Shown here: positions 38,945 to 49,126 of the stretch, one piece after another
How positions within the stretch are numbered: the stretch's first letter is position 1
How the letters are laid out: every line of letters starts with the position of its first letter
Assembly: GCA_963715895.1 (NCBI GenBank)
Contig: OY970284.1
Location: 4,899,892-4,963,891, forward strand
Direction of reading: 5' to 3'
Length of the DNA stretch: 64,000 nucleotides
Source: Thermoanaerobaculia bacterium
GTDB lineage: Bacteria; Acidobacteriota; Thermoanaerobaculia; Gp7-AA8
The notes under the pieces: generated by a model
What the model was told of the DNA's origin: nothing
The model's database searches: none
The model's input: the letters and a program-made list of their open reading frames with translations, nothing else
Translations under genes and position numbers: made by a program

Positions 38945-40077
38945 TGCAGCATTTCCTCCCAGCGCCCCATTACTTCGTCCACGCTGAACCGCTGCACAAC
39001 CTCGGGGGCACGCGCGCCGAGGCGCGAGCGCTCCGCTTCATCGCGCATCAGGCCGCCGAGCGCGCGGGCCATCGCGCCGACTTCGTCCTTCGGCACCAGC
39101 ACACCGTCGACGCCGTGGCGGACAATCATCCGGACGCCGGGAGAGCAGTCGAAGGCGATGACCGGAAGACCGGAGGCCATCGCTTCGCAGAGAGCGTTCG
39201 GAAATCCCTCCCGGCGCGATGGCTGCACGTAGAGATCGGCGCGCGCCAGCACATCGTCGTTGTCCGAGGTGAAACCGCCCAGAGTGATGCGGTCAGCGAC
39301 CCCGAGCTTCGCGATGTAGGCCTCGAGTTTCTCGCGATCGCTGCCACGGCCCCATATCTCCAGTCTCCATTGTGGATGTTCGGCGGCGATCCGCGCGAAT
39401 GACTTGATCAGCAGGTCGTAGCCCTTCTCCCACGACAACCGGCCGAGCGATGCCAGCACGCGCGTGCCGTTGCGGTCGTCCCGACGTGGCACGTCGCGCG
39501 GGAAGACAGCATTCGGAATCCATGCGCCGCGCCGAACCCCTTGCCGGACGTAGTAGGCGAGGTCGCCCGCGGTCAGCGCGACCACCGCCGTCGCCAGCCG
39601 ATAGGCCTCGGTGCGCAGTTTCTCGTTCGCGTAGGGCCTGGCGATGCCGCGCTCGGAGACGAACACGCGGACGCCGAGCCCGCGCGTGGCGGCGATGGTG
39701 CGGATGTTCGTCGAGTTGATCATCGAGATGATGGCCTGCGGCCGCGTATCGATGATGGTCTTCCGGAGCGTGGCCAGGAGCGGGTGAAGTGGCCGAAAGT
39801 ACTCGCGCGATTTGGGAGTGAAGATCGCCAGCGCAGCATCGATCTGCCGCATCATTTCCGCCGGCGGCTCGGGCCGCTCCCGGAACGGGACTTCCCAGTT
39901 GAGGTCGTGGTGTACGACCCGCTCATCGAGCACGTAAGCCACCGGTTCTTTCGTCCCCTGGTACATCGTGACGATGGAAGGAGTCCACCCGCGCGCCGCC
40001 CAGTAGTTGGCCATGTTGACCGTGGCGCGCTCGGAGCCTCCTCCGCGAAGCGATGCGATGACGAACGTGATGCGCAT
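38932..40077 (-). CDS. Glycosyltransferase family 4
   Basis: GGGSER, VSER, IPNAV, LGRLSWEKGYDLL, SRREGFPNALCEAM. Confidence 0.93.
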   Translation of the reverse strand: MRITFVIASLRGGGSERATVNMANYWAARGWTPSIVTMYQGTKEPVAYVLDERVVHHDLNWEVPFRERPEPPAEMMRQIDAALAIFTPKSREYFRPLHPLLATLRKTIIDTRPQAIISMINSTNIRTIAATRGLGVRVFVSERGIARPYANEKLRTEAYRLATAVVALTAGDLAYYVRQGVRRGAWIPNAVFPRDVPRRDDRNGTRVLASLGRLSWEKGYDLLIKSFARIAAEHPQWRLEIWGRGSDREKLEAYIAKLGVADRITLGGFTSDNDDVLARADLYVQPSRREGFPNALCEAMASGLPVIAFDCSPGVRMIVRHGVDGVLVPKDEVGAMARALGGLMRDEAERSRLGARAPEVVQRFSVDEVMGRWEEMLQWPM

Positions 40078-40080
40078 GGG

Positions 40081-40818
40081 TCAACGCGCCCGATACGCGG
40101 CCACGGAGGATTCGAAGTCGGCGGGCGGCGGCATCGACACCAGCGGCACGTGCGTGGCGTCACCGCGGCCGTGGGCGACGAGGAGCGGCGCGCGCGACCG
40201 GAGGATCGCCGGCGTGGTGTAGCGGACGATGAAGCCGGTACGCGGCGCGGAGGAATGGTTCGCGTTCGAGCCATGGACGATGTCGACGTGATGCAACGAC
40301 ATCTCGCCGGGGCGAAGCACGACGTCGACGGCATCGTCGTCGTCGACCTCCGCGGCGATCTCCTGGCCGTGGCTGAGTAAATTTAGAGGCTCTGCTGTGA
40401 CGGCGTGCGCCAGCTTCACTTTGTGCGATCCCGGAACCACGCGCATGCAACCGCTGGCGACCGTGCTGGGGGTGAGCGCGATCCAGGCCGAGAGCGCGGG
40501 AGCGTCGCCGAGAAAGTCTGCGTAATGGCCATCCTGATGCCAGGCCACGAACGACTCATCATGCGGAGGCTTCGAGAGCATCAGCGAGCCCCAGGCCAGA
40601 ACATCGTCGCCCAGGATCTCCCGTACGGTGTCGACGATCACGTGGTGCGTGGCGATCTCCCTGGCCCATTGGAAGAAGAGATGGAGCTGGTCGAGACGCC
40701 GGTCGCTCCCGCACTCGATCATCGTGCGGCTGATGTCGGCTCCGTAACGTTCCACCTCCGCGTCCGTCAAGACGCGCAGAGGAAAGAGGATGCCGTCGCG
40801 CGCGAATTTCTCTTTCAC
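40081..40818 (-). CDS. Phytanoyl-CoA dioxygenase (PhyH) family 2OG-Fe(II) enzyme
   Basis: AWHQD, SAWIAL, GCMRVVPGSH, IVHGSNAN..PR. Confidence 0.92.
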   Translation of the reverse strand: MKEKFARDGILFPLRVLTDAEVERYGADISRTMIECGSDRRLDQLHLFFQWAREIATHHVIVDTVREILGDDVLAWGSLMLSKPPHDESFVAWHQDGHYADFLGDAPALSAWIALTPSTVASGCMRVVPGSHKVKLAHAVTAEPLNLLSHGQEIAAEVDDDDAVDVVLRPGEMSLHHVDIVHGSNANHSSAPRTGFIVRYTTPAILRSRAPLLVAHGRGDATHVPLVSMPPPADFESSVAAYRAR

Positions 40819-42131
40819 GGCTGGAACACCTTCTCGAACGCCCGCACGATGTCGTCCATGTCTTCGACGGTGTTGGGCGAGTTGATGCAGGTGAACCAGA
40901 TCAGCTCGCGGTTGAGTGCCTCCGAGCGCGGCAACGTGCCGGCTCCGTAACGAACGTCCGGACGAAGGGCGAAGGGATGGCCGGCCGTTCCGTAGGCGAT
41001 GCGGCGCGCAAAAAGCGGATGCTCGTGCAGCAGCCTCTCGTACCCGCCGACCGCGGGAACACCTTCACGCTGCAACCGCGCCACCACCTCGTCACGCGGC
41101 GGCATCCCGTCGCGACGTACATAGCGGAAGGTCGTGGCGTACGGCGCCTCCTCGACATGCGGATCGATTCGCTGCGGGACGAGGAACAGAAATCCGCGGA
41201 GACCATCGACGAGACGCGACTGGTTGGCGCGCCGGGCGCGGTTCCGTTCGTCGAGCTGTTCCATCTGCGCCACGGCTACCGCGGCCTGCAACTCCGTCAG
41301 ACGGAGGTTGAAGCCGATCACGTTCACCAACTCGGCGTCGCTCCAGTCGACACCGGCCAACCCTTCACCGTGATTGCGGATGAGGCGCAGCTTCAAGGCG
41401 ATGCGCGGATCGTTGGTGACGACGACCCCTCCTTCGCCACAGGTGACGGTCTTGGTCTCCGTCAGCGAGAAGATGCTGGCGTCTCCGAACGCGCCAACCT
41501 CGCGGCCGCGGTACCGCGCCCCGGGAGCCTGCGCACAATCTTCGATGACGCGCAATCCGCGGCGGTGGGCCATCTCCGTCAGAGCATCGACGTCGGCACA
41601 GTTTCCGCCGAGGTGAACGGCAGCGATGGCGCGGGTCCGTTCCGTGATCCTCAACTCGGCGTCGGCGACGTCGATACAGAGCGTTTCGGGATCGACCTCG
41701 ACGAAGACCGGCACGGCGTCGAACGCCAGGATGGCCGTGGCGGTGGCGTGGAACGACATGCAGGGAACGAGCACCTCGTCGCCCGGCTCGAGGTCGATCG
41801 CGCCGAATGCGGCCACCAGTCCCGACGTCGCCGAGTTGACGGCGACGCCGAACGTCGCGCCGCAGCGTTCGGCGAACATCGCTTCGAGCCGGCGCACCAT
41901 CGGCCCGCCGAGAAAGCGCAGCTCGGACGGCGCGAGTTGCAGCGCCGCGGCCGACGACAACGTGCCCGCTTCACGGATGTCGGCGCCGCCTGCGCCGGCG
42001 CGGAAGCCCGACCAGCATCCGCTCCGGAGCACCTCCAGCAGCAGCTCCTCCTCGCGGCCGGCCATCTGGCAGGGGGGAGCAAACGGGCGCGTGCGCACCG
42101 GCGTGTGCCGTTCGGGCAGTGTTGCCGTCAC
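40815..42131 (-). CDS. DegT/DnrJ/EryC1/StrS PLP-dependent sugar aminotransferase
   Basis: VNSATSGL, PGDEV, IEDCAQA, FSLTETK..TCGEGG (PLP lysine), IRNHG; GTG 42131 overlaps the upstream stop. Confidence 0.92.
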   Translation of the reverse strand: MTATLPERHTPVRTRPFAPPCQMAGREEELLLEVLRSGCWSGFRAGAGGADIREAGTLSSAAALQLAPSELRFLGGPMVRRLEAMFAERCGATFGVAVNSATSGLVAAFGAIDLEPGDEVLVPCMSFHATATAILAFDAVPVFVEVDPETLCIDVADAELRITERTRAIAAVHLGGNCADVDALTEMAHRRGLRVIEDCAQAPGARYRGREVGAFGDASIFSLTETKTVTCGEGGVVVTNDPRIALKLRLIRNHGEGLAGVDWSDAELVNVIGFNLRLTELQAAVAVAQMEQLDERNRARRANQSRLVDGLRGFLFLVPQRIDPHVEEAPYATTFRYVRRDGMPPRDEVVARLQREGVPAVGGYERLLHEHPLFARRIAYGTAGHPFALRPDVRYGAGTLPRSEALNRELIWFTCINSPNTVEDMDDIVRAFEKVFQP

Positions 42132-42904
42132 GCGCTGGCCTCCCGTTGCAGCAGACAATCGTCCGCCAGGACGGAGATCGGCGTGAGATCGACGCTGCAG
42201 TGAAACGGCTCGCGCAGCGGAAGGATCTGGCGGTTCGAGACCGCGTTGTAGTTCAGGTAGAAGATGCGGCGCGGCCACGGCGAGATGTTCGCCGCCGATC
42301 CGTGGACCGAAAGCGCGTCGAAGAAGACCACCGTTCCCGGCGGTCCCATCACCGGCTCGATCCCCTCCTCGGCCGCCAGCGTGGCGATGATGCCGTCGTC
42401 GATGTCCATGGCGTCCGGATTGTGGAAGTGGCCGCGTTTGTGGGAGCCGGGAATGATGAGCAGCGGTCCGTTGCACGGATTGACATCATCGAGATAAATC
42501 CCGACCACTACCGTCTGCGGCCGCGACATCCCGTCCTGCCGGTGCCACTGGTTGAAGTCCTGATGCCACGCCCATCCGGTTCCGTGGAAGCTCGACTTGG
42601 CGTTGAGCCGCGATTGGTAAACATGCACGCGGTCGCGGACGATCTGCTCGCTCGGCGTGACCAGGCGGGGATGGCGTGACAGCCGCCGGATGACGTCGTT
42701 GTGAAAATGAGCGCCGAACACCATCCGCACGGCGCGTGTCTCGTTCTCTTCGCGTACTACGTCCGGACCCTCGCGGCCGAGGAGGTCCGGCATCGCCCCC
42801 TCGATCACATCGAGCTCGGGCGGCGCCAGAAGACCGCGAAAAACGAGAAAGCCCTGATCGTCATATTGCGCGATCTGCTCTTCGGTCAATCGCATGATCG
42901 TCAT
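42128..42904 (-). CDS. PhyH / ectoine-hydroxylase-like 2OG-Fe(II) dioxygenase
   Basis: YQSRLNAK, WAWHQDFNQW..DGM, NGPLLIIPGSH, HGSAANISPWPR. Confidence 0.9.
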   Translation of the reverse strand: MTIMRLTEEQIAQYDDQGFLVFRGLLAPPELDVIEGAMPDLLGREGPDVVREENETRAVRMVFGAHFHNDVIRRLSRHPRLVTPSEQIVRDRVHVYQSRLNAKSSFHGTGWAWHQDFNQWHRQDGMSRPQTVVVGIYLDDVNPCNGPLLIIPGSHKRGHFHNPDAMDIDDGIIATLAAEEGIEPVMGPPGTVVFFDALSVHGSAANISPWPRRIFYLNYNAVSNRQILPLREPFHCSVDLTPISVLADDCLLQREASA

Positions 42905-42907
42905 TCC

Positions 42908-43867
42908 TCAATCGTGAAGAACAGGCCGCAACGGAAGGAACTCGCCGAGCCAGCCGACGACCGGGCTGTCGCGTTGGAGCGGCGGCCGGACGGAGCGAAG
43001 AAACCCGGGGACGTTGAAGTAGCGATTGTAATGGACATGCACGAGCTCCTCGAGCTGCGCGCCGCGCAACGGCTGCGGAAGCAGCGGGCGTCCGATGAGC
43101 GGATAGTTGTAGCGGCCGTCGAGGATCTCCACCCGCTCCCAGACGCGCGCCAGCACGACCGCGAGCGAGAGTTGATCGAGATAGTGCCGATCGCCGCCCA
43201 GCGGAAGATGACCCGATTCAATCAGCCGGAGAAAGTCGCGCTTCCACTGCGCGAACAGACCCGCCGTACGCCGTGCCACCACAAGCCCTGAGTTGAAATA
43301 CGCACGGACCCGCTTGCGATCGCCGACCGTCTCCACCCACGGCCGGTTCGTCACGCCGCACAACTCGTACATCCGTTCCCAGTAAGGGTCGATCGGATCG
43401 CCCGGGCCCGCGGAGGCCACGCGGCGGTGGCGCGTCTTCCAGTGCTCGTGATCGGGATCGTCGAGTGGCTCCTTGCCGTGGCGCCAGTAGTCGACCGGCC
43501 GCGCCGCGGCGTCGATCCCCTCGGCGAGCGCAAACGCGGACGGTTCCGAAGTGAGAATCGTGTCGCTATCGAGAAAGGCCACGAACTCGGTCGTGGCCAT
43601 TTCCTCTCCCCTAGCCGAAGCGAAGACCTTGTTGCCGATCGCATAATCGGCCAGATCGACATTGAGCCGCTCGGTGACATGGGTCGCGCCGAGGGACTCC
43701 AGGCCGCGCAGCGTCTCGTCGCTCACCTCCGTGCCGAGGCGCGGCTGGAAGGTCAGGATCGGTGACTCCGCAAAGCGGCCGCCGTAGCGGCGGATCGAAC
43801 GGCAGAGAAGGAGCGTCTTCTCCTCCAGCTCTCCGCGCTCGACGCAGGCGATGAAAGTGATCGTCAC
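42908..43867 (-). CDS. Putative GT-A (GT8-like) glycosyltransferase
   Basis: LLCRSIR, IGNKV, AFLDSD (DxD), YFNSG, YLDQLSL, YNYP, VHY; start inferred at GTG 43867. Confidence 0.7.
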   Translation of the reverse strand: MTITFIACVERGELEEKTLLLCRSIRRYGGRFAESPILTFQPRLGTEVSDETLRGLESLGATHVTERLNVDLADYAIGNKVFASARGEEMATTEFVAFLDSDTILTSEPSAFALAEGIDAAARPVDYWRHGKEPLDDPDHEHWKTRHRRVASAGPGDPIDPYWERMYELCGVTNRPWVETVGDRKRVRAYFNSGLVVARRTAGLFAQWKRDFLRLIESGHLPLGGDRHYLDQLSLAVVLARVWERVEILDGRYNYPLIGRPLLPQPLRGAQLEELVHVHYNRYFNVPGFLRSVRPPLQRDSPVVGWLGEFLPLRPVLHD

Positions 43868-43869
43868 GT

Positions 43870-44631
43870 TCAGCCTCTTCTCTCCGCGCCGGCGAGACTC
43901 ATCACATAGTCGGAAAGGAGCCACGACACCGGCACCATGGCGCGCGGCATCTGCTGCAAGCCTGTGCCCGGCGTGAGATTGACGCACTCCACGCCGCGTC
44001 TCCGGGCCTGCTCGCAGAACCGCCCCCATCCTTTCGCAACTTTTCGGAAGTGTCCCAGCGACGAGGCAAAGCCGCTGGTGTGCGTCCCGGCGCCGTTGGC
44101 GTGGCGGCCATCGCCTGCGACCATGTCCAGTCCGATGAAGGCCAGCCGTTTGAAACCGCGCCGCGGAATCCGTTTGCCGCGCTCCGCCGCGATGCGCTCG
44201 CGCTCTTCGCGCGCGACGGGATCGTCGGGCCACGGATTGGCCAGCCAGTTGCCGACGATCATGGCGCTGCTGCCGCCTTTGTAACCGGCGTCGTGATCGT
44301 CGCTCCATCCGCGCACGCCATCGAGCTCGTCGAGCTCGCGGACATAGGTCTCCGCGGTCATGTCCGAGGCATCCGCCGAGGTGATGCGCCACGACGACGT
44401 CTCCGCCCACACGCGCGGCAACGCCGGCACGCTGCGGGCCAGGCCGAGTTTGAGATCCATCGCCGCCATGCAGGTGAAACGGACTTCATGACGAAGCACG
44501 CCCGCCGCCGTCGCTCCGCCATTGATCGAGACCACTTCACCCGCACGCTGGACGTCGGCCCACGCGGCCGAGGAGAAGAGGTCGAGCGAAGGCCCGGCGC
44601 AGACGACCACGGCGACGCTCTCGTCAATCAT
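43870..44631 (-). CDS. Maf/DUF115-like (sialyltransferase-fold) putative glycosyltransferase
   Basis: VVVCAGPSL, VSING, GGSS, GFKRLAFIGLDM, VNLT; ATG 44631 overlaps the upstream TAA. Confidence 0.55.
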   Translation of the reverse strand: MIDESVAVVVCAGPSLDLFSSAAWADVQRAGEVVSINGGATAAGVLRHEVRFTCMAAMDLKLGLARSVPALPRVWAETSSWRITSADASDMTAETYVRELDELDGVRGWSDDHDAGYKGGSSAMIVGNWLANPWPDDPVAREERERIAAERGKRIPRRGFKRLAFIGLDMVAGDGRHANGAGTHTSGFASSLGHFRKVAKGWGRFCEQARRRGVECVNLTPGTGLQQMPRAMVPVSWLLSDYVMSLAGAERRG

Positions 44632-45416
44632 TACGCTGCCTCTCCCCGCGCGTCTTGCGGCAGGACGAAGATCTTCTCGCGCGCCTCGGCGATGAAATTG
44701 ACGTGCAGCCGCGGAAGCGGCGTCGGCGATCGCTGCGTCACGCCGTGGATGGAGTCGGGCGAATGGATGAAGAAGACAAGCCGGTTTGCGGCATAGCCGA
44801 TCCGCTTGACCGTCTCGACGCGGCGTAGGTCGACGGATCGATCGCCGTTGTAGCGACGCTGCCCGGGCCGGAAGCGATAGAGCTCCAGGTCGCCGCCATC
44901 GGCTTGATCGTCGGGCGGACGCATGTAGAGCATCCCCGCGTACAACGCCACCTCGCGGTCGACATGACACGGCGCCGAGCTGGAGCGGCGGCGCACCGGA
45001 GACGTCCAGGTAATCTGGCAATCCATGGCGAAATCGGCCATCGGCTCGGCGTAACGAACATTCGTCGCCGCATCGTCGAGCCGCTTGCCGATGCCCGATT
45101 CGAGCGCGGGATGCAACGAGCGGATGGCGTCGCCGAAAACCGCCGTAACCTCGCGAAAGAACTCGTTCGAGGTGTGGTGCGCCGACAGCTCCCGCCATAC
45201 GTTCGCGTAGCCCGTACTGCGGATCAGATCCTGCCCCGGAATGCGGTAGTTGCAGTTGTTCTGGATGGCCCCGTTTCCGATGAACGACTGCTCCTCCGGA
45301 AACGACGCAACCAGCGCGCGGTACAACTCCGGCTCGAGCGCGTCATCGATCACGACGTGCGGAAACGGCTCGCTGACGACGGATGCGGCCGTGGCTTTGT
45401 GCAGGATCGACTTCAT
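44631..45416 (-). CDS. 2OG-Fe(II) oxygenase (2OG-FeII_Oxy_3-like)
   Basis: PFPHVVIDDAL, HVD, GGDLELY, ANRLVFF, SIHGV..R; ATG 45416 overlaps the upstream stop. Confidence 0.85.
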   Translation of the reverse strand: MKSILHKATAASVVSEPFPHVVIDDALEPELYRALVASFPEEQSFIGNGAIQNNCNYRIPGQDLIRSTGYANVWRELSAHHTSNEFFREVTAVFGDAIRSLHPALESGIGKRLDDAATNVRYAEPMADFAMDCQITWTSPVRRRSSSAPCHVDREVALYAGMLYMRPPDDQADGGDLELYRFRPGQRRYNGDRSVDLRRVETVKRIGYAANRLVFFIHSPDSIHGVTQRSPTPLPRLHVNFIAEAREKIFVLPQDARGEAA

Positions 45417-46498
45417 AGTGCTGCTGCGACCGTCCTCGGCTGCCGGATCAGCGGCAACACTTCCTCTCCGAAAAACTCCATCGACTCCAGTTTCGGCCAG
45501 CCGGCAAGGATGAACTGCGTCACGCCGGCGTCGACGAACTCCTCCACTCCTTCGGCGATCTCGCGCGGCGATCCGACGATGGCAATGCACGGAGCGCCGT
45601 GCGTGCGGACTGCTCCCGTCCACAGCCACGGCGTGAGCCACTCCGACTCCCCCGCCCGCGCGTACGTCGTCCGGACGTTGACCGAGTCGCTCTTGCGCAT
45701 GAACTCGCGCTCCTTGGCCCCGTCGTCGAAGCCATCGCGCGTCTGCGATACCAGCGCGTACGCCTGCTCCAGCGCCGCGCCGCGCGTGGCACCGCCGATG
45801 ATCGAGCAGCGCACGCCCAGCTCCTTGCCGGCGGCGAGCACGTCCGCTCCCCGCGCGCGCATCGTCTCCGGCGTGTCGGGAATCTGCATCCAGATCGTCC
45901 CCTGACTGATGGCCAGATCGTGCGCCTGCTGCGAATTGCCGGCGATGAAGAGCTCCGGGAAGGTCCGGTCGGGGGCGGTGAACGGCGTGTTGATCTTTCC
46001 CCCTTCGACCTTGTAGTACTTCCCCTCGAAGTTCACCGGCCCTTCGCGGCGCCACAGCGCCCGGCAGACCGCCAGGAACTCCTCGGTGCGCGCATAGCGC
46101 TCGTCGTGCGGCAGCCAGTCGCCGTAGTAGTGCTGCTCTTCCGGCGTGTCTCCGGCGATCACGTTGATGGAGAAGCGGCCGTCGATGATCGTGGAGAGGG
46201 TGTTGAGCTGCTGCACGAACGACGTCGGACAGATCAACCCCGAACGATAGGCGACGATGAACTTGATCGTCTCGGTCTGCAGACCGATGGCCGCGGCGAG
46301 GAACATCGGATCGGGTTTCGACCATCCGAAGTCGGTCAGCAGCGAGTCGATCCCCAGCTCCTCGGCACGCTTGCAGAAGCGAATGCGCTGCCCGAGGTCC
46401 GGCAACCCGGTCTCGCCGAGGCTTGCCTGATGTCCGCGCGAGGCGCCGTGGCGCTCGCCTCCCTGAGTCAGCCGCCAGTGGAACTTCAGCTCATTCAT
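45413..46498 (-). CDS. LLM-class flavin-dependent monooxygenase (SsuD-like)
   Basis: KFHW, AEELG, KFIVAYRSG, HDERYARTEEFL, LWTGAV, IVGS, FILAGWP. Confidence 0.9.
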   Translation of the reverse strand: MNELKFHWRLTQGGERHGASRGHQASLGETGLPDLGQRIRFCKRAEELGIDSLLTDFGWSKPDPMFLAAAIGLQTETIKFIVAYRSGLICPTSFVQQLNTLSTIIDGRFSINVIAGDTPEEQHYYGDWLPHDERYARTEEFLAVCRALWRREGPVNFEGKYYKVEGGKINTPFTAPDRTFPELFIAGNSQQAHDLAISQGTIWMQIPDTPETMRARGADVLAAGKELGVRCSIIGGATRGAALEQAYALVSQTRDGFDDGAKEREFMRKSDSVNVRTTYARAGESEWLTPWLWTGAVRTHGAPCIAIVGSPREIAEGVEEFVDAGVTQFILAGWPKLESMEFFGEEVLPLIRQPRTVAAAL

Positions 46499-47580
46499 GA
46501 TGCCGCCACCTCCACTCGCCTCGCTTCCGCCTCTTCGCGCGCGCGCACCGCCGGCAGAACCAGCCGGCGGAAGCGCTCCATCTCTTCCAGATCGGGCCAG
46601 CCCATGAAGAGGAACTGCGTCACACCCGCGTCGCGATAGGTGAAGAGCGCTTCCGTCACTTCATCAGCCGAGCCGACGATGGCCACCGAAGGCGCTCCCA
46701 TGTACGGCACCGCGCCGGTCCAGAGATACGGCGCCGGCCAGTCGTCCGCGTTTGCCAGCTTGTACGTCGAGGTGAAGGCCACCGAATCCGACTTGCGTGC
46801 AAACTCCTCATGCGTCCGCCGCGGAGCGCCGTCGAAGCGCGCCAGGAGGCGCTCCGTCGCCTCGATTGCCTCTTCATGCGTCTCGCGTACGAGAAGCGAA
46901 ACAAGGATGCCCACCTCGATCCCGCCATCGAGGAGCGGCTTGACGCGGTCGCGCATTGCCTCCGCCGGCTGGGGGAGGCGCCACATGCAGTCCGCGTGTT
47001 TCGCCGCCAGCCTCTCGCCGGGAGCGGAGTTGCCGCCGAGGAAAATCTCCGGAGAGGTCCTGTCGGGAGCAACGAATGGCGTGCTCAACTTCCCCTTCTC
47101 CACCGTGTAGTACTTGCCGGCGAAGTTTACTTCGCCCGAGCCTTTCCAGAAGGCGTTGCAGACGGTCAGGAACTCGTCGGTCCGCTCATACCGCTCGTCA
47201 TGCGCGAGAAAATCGCCGTAGTACTTCTGCTCCTCGGGCGTATGTCCGGCGACGACGTTCAGACAGATGCGGCCGCCGGTGACCGCGGCCACGCTGTTGA
47301 CCTGCTGCGCGAAGAGCGTCGGCGAACAGACGCCGGAACGAACGGCCACCATGAACTTGATGCGGGTGGTCAGCATGCCCAGGGCAGCGGCGAGAACGAT
47401 CGGATCGGCGCGATGAAAACCGAACGCCGTCAGCAGCGACTCCATCCCGCACTCCTCGGCCTGCCTGCAGAAACGGACGTGAGCATCGAGGTTCGGGATT
47501 CCTGAAACCGCCCCGCGCGCCTTGGCTCCTTTCAGCTCCTCGCCGGCCGACGACATGCTCCAGTGGAATCGCAGCGCCAT
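46495..47580 (-). CDS. LLM-class flavin-dependent monooxygenase (SsuD-like), paralog
   Basis: RFHW, AEECG, KFMVAVRSG, HDERYERTDEFL, LWTGAV, FLFMGWP. Confidence 0.9.
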   Translation of the reverse strand: MALRFHWSMSSAGEELKGAKARGAVSGIPNLDAHVRFCRQAEECGMESLLTAFGFHRADPIVLAAALGMLTTRIKFMVAVRSGVCSPTLFAQQVNSVAAVTGGRICLNVVAGHTPEEQKYYGDFLAHDERYERTDEFLTVCNAFWKGSGEVNFAGKYYTVEKGKLSTPFVAPDRTSPEIFLGGNSAPGERLAAKHADCMWRLPQPAEAMRDRVKPLLDGGIEVGILVSLLVRETHEEAIEATERLLARFDGAPRRTHEEFARKSDSVAFTSTYKLANADDWPAPYLWTGAVPYMGAPSVAIVGSADEVTEALFTYRDAGVTQFLFMGWPDLEEMERFRRLVLPAVRAREEAEARRVEVAAS

Positions 47581-47584
47581 CGCT

Positions 47585-49117
47585 TCAGCCCCTCATCTCA
47601 GCGACGATTCCCATCTCGTCGAAGCGCATGCGCACCAGACTCTGGATACGGCGCGCCACCTCGGCGTAGACGTCGTATCCATGCCCGATCGGGTCGGGGA
47701 TGTCGCCGCCAGGATCGAGACACTGCGCCTTCACCGCAGCCTCCGGGTATTGCTGCACGAGCATCGCCCGCTGCGACTCCGTCATGCAATAGATAACGTC
47801 CGCCGCGACGATCAGCGCCGCCGTCAGCGGCCGCGCTTCATGCCGTGAAGGAACGATCGCCAGATCCCGCAGCGCATCGTGCGACTCGCTGGTCATCGGC
47901 GCGCCGGTGCGCGGCGACAGTCCGCCGCTCTCCGCACGAACGCGTGCAGCCGGCGACATGCCCAGCCGCGTGGCCACCTCGGCGTTGGAGATCGCCGCCG
48001 CCATCGGCGAACGGCAGGTGTTGCCACTGCAGACGAAGAGGATCAGCCGCTCCCGCACCGTCACCAGCGTCGCACCGCGGAGGCGGTCGCCTGTCACGAA
48101 CGCCCAGGCGTCTTCGATCCGGTGATGGAACGGCGAGAGCAGCAGCAGAGCGGAGAGAATCATCCCCGCGGAAACGAGCTGCGATGCCGGCGGAGCCGGA
48201 AAGCCAAACAGTTTCGATAGCACAAAGACCGCGCTGAAGCCGGCCAGGAAGCTGGCGCCGCAGAAGAGCGGCACGCAGAACGTGTTCTCCCGTCCGTCGA
48301 GATAGATCAACGTTCCGAAGATGTTGTGGCTGGCGTAGAAGATCCCGATCAAAACGACCGGCACGATCGCCGCCGGGTGCAAGGTCCAGAAGGTGGTGAA
48401 GCCGCGGCGAAGCGCCAGCGAGGTGGGGCTGTTGCCGAACAACGCCATCATCGCCGGAATGGCCGGCAGGAGGATGATCGTGACCAGCACCTCCTGCACG
48501 AAGTACGTTCGCGTGACCTCGGGATCGTGCACTTTGGCCAGCTTGGTCATGCACGGCGTTCGGAGCATGTAGCCCGTCAGGTACACAGCTAGATTCAGCG
48601 CCGCCAGCAACGGGAGCGAGTAGTCATTCGCCGCGGCGAACGAAACGGCCAACGCGGCGAAGCTGATCACCAGCGCCGCCCACGAGAACCAGCGCACGCG
48701 CCGGTTGTACGCCACATCGATGACCGGGGCCATGATCAGCAGGCCGCCGCGCATCATGATCAACGCCAGGACGATCGAGATCCCCTTGAATGTGAATGCC
48801 ACCGTCGTGCTGCCGATGATCAGCGCCAGCCCCAGGCCGGAGAGCGCGATGGCCGGCGTCGTCACCGGCACGGGGATGCCAAGGAACCGGCGGAATCGCG
48901 CGTACTTCCACCACCCGACGAGCGTGATGATCAGAGGGACCATGAAGACCGTGCCGAGGATCGCCGCCGGCAGAATCTCCAGTCCGAGAAGGCCCTTCGG
49001 TACGCCGGGCACCAATCCCGAGGTGACCGCCTTCGACAGCCCGGCGTAGGGTGTGTAAAACACCACCAGCCCCAGCGCAAACGCCCAGACGATCCGTTTC
49101 GGCATGGTCAGCGTCAT
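47585..49117 (-). CDS. Multi-pass membrane domain fused to a low-molecular-weight phosphatase domain
   Basis: About 330 aa of hydrophobic helices, then ILFVCSGNTCRSPMA (CX5R) and DIPDP. Confidence 0.85.
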   Translation of the reverse strand: MTLTMPKRIVWAFALGLVVFYTPYAGLSKAVTSGLVPGVPKGLLGLEILPAAILGTVFMVPLIITLVGWWKYARFRRFLGIPVPVTTPAIALSGLGLALIIGSTTVAFTFKGISIVLALIMMRGGLLIMAPVIDVAYNRRVRWFSWAALVISFAALAVSFAAANDYSLPLLAALNLAVYLTGYMLRTPCMTKLAKVHDPEVTRTYFVQEVLVTIILLPAIPAMMALFGNSPTSLALRRGFTTFWTLHPAAIVPVVLIGIFYASHNIFGTLIYLDGRENTFCVPLFCGASFLAGFSAVFVLSKLFGFPAPPASQLVSAGMILSALLLLSPFHHRIEDAWAFVTGDRLRGATLVTVRERLILFVCSGNTCRSPMAAAISNAEVATRLGMSPAARVRAESGGLSPRTGAPMTSESHDALRDLAIVPSRHEARPLTAALIVAADVIYCMTESQRAMLVQQYPEAAVKAQCLDPGGDIPDPIGHGYDVYAEVARRIQSLVRMRFDEMGIVAEMRG

Positions 49118-49126
49118 GTCGGTTCC

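Noticed and set aside
40815-46325. Long N-terminal extensions of the ORF-track calls (42476, 44410, 45198, 46325; likewise 50590 and 31902)
   Set aside because: They overlap upstream genes in another frame; better starts lie at the stop/start overlaps
45413-47580. Calling the LLM genes ssuD or luxAB
   Set aside because: Family-level similarity only; no ssuEABC or luxCDE context
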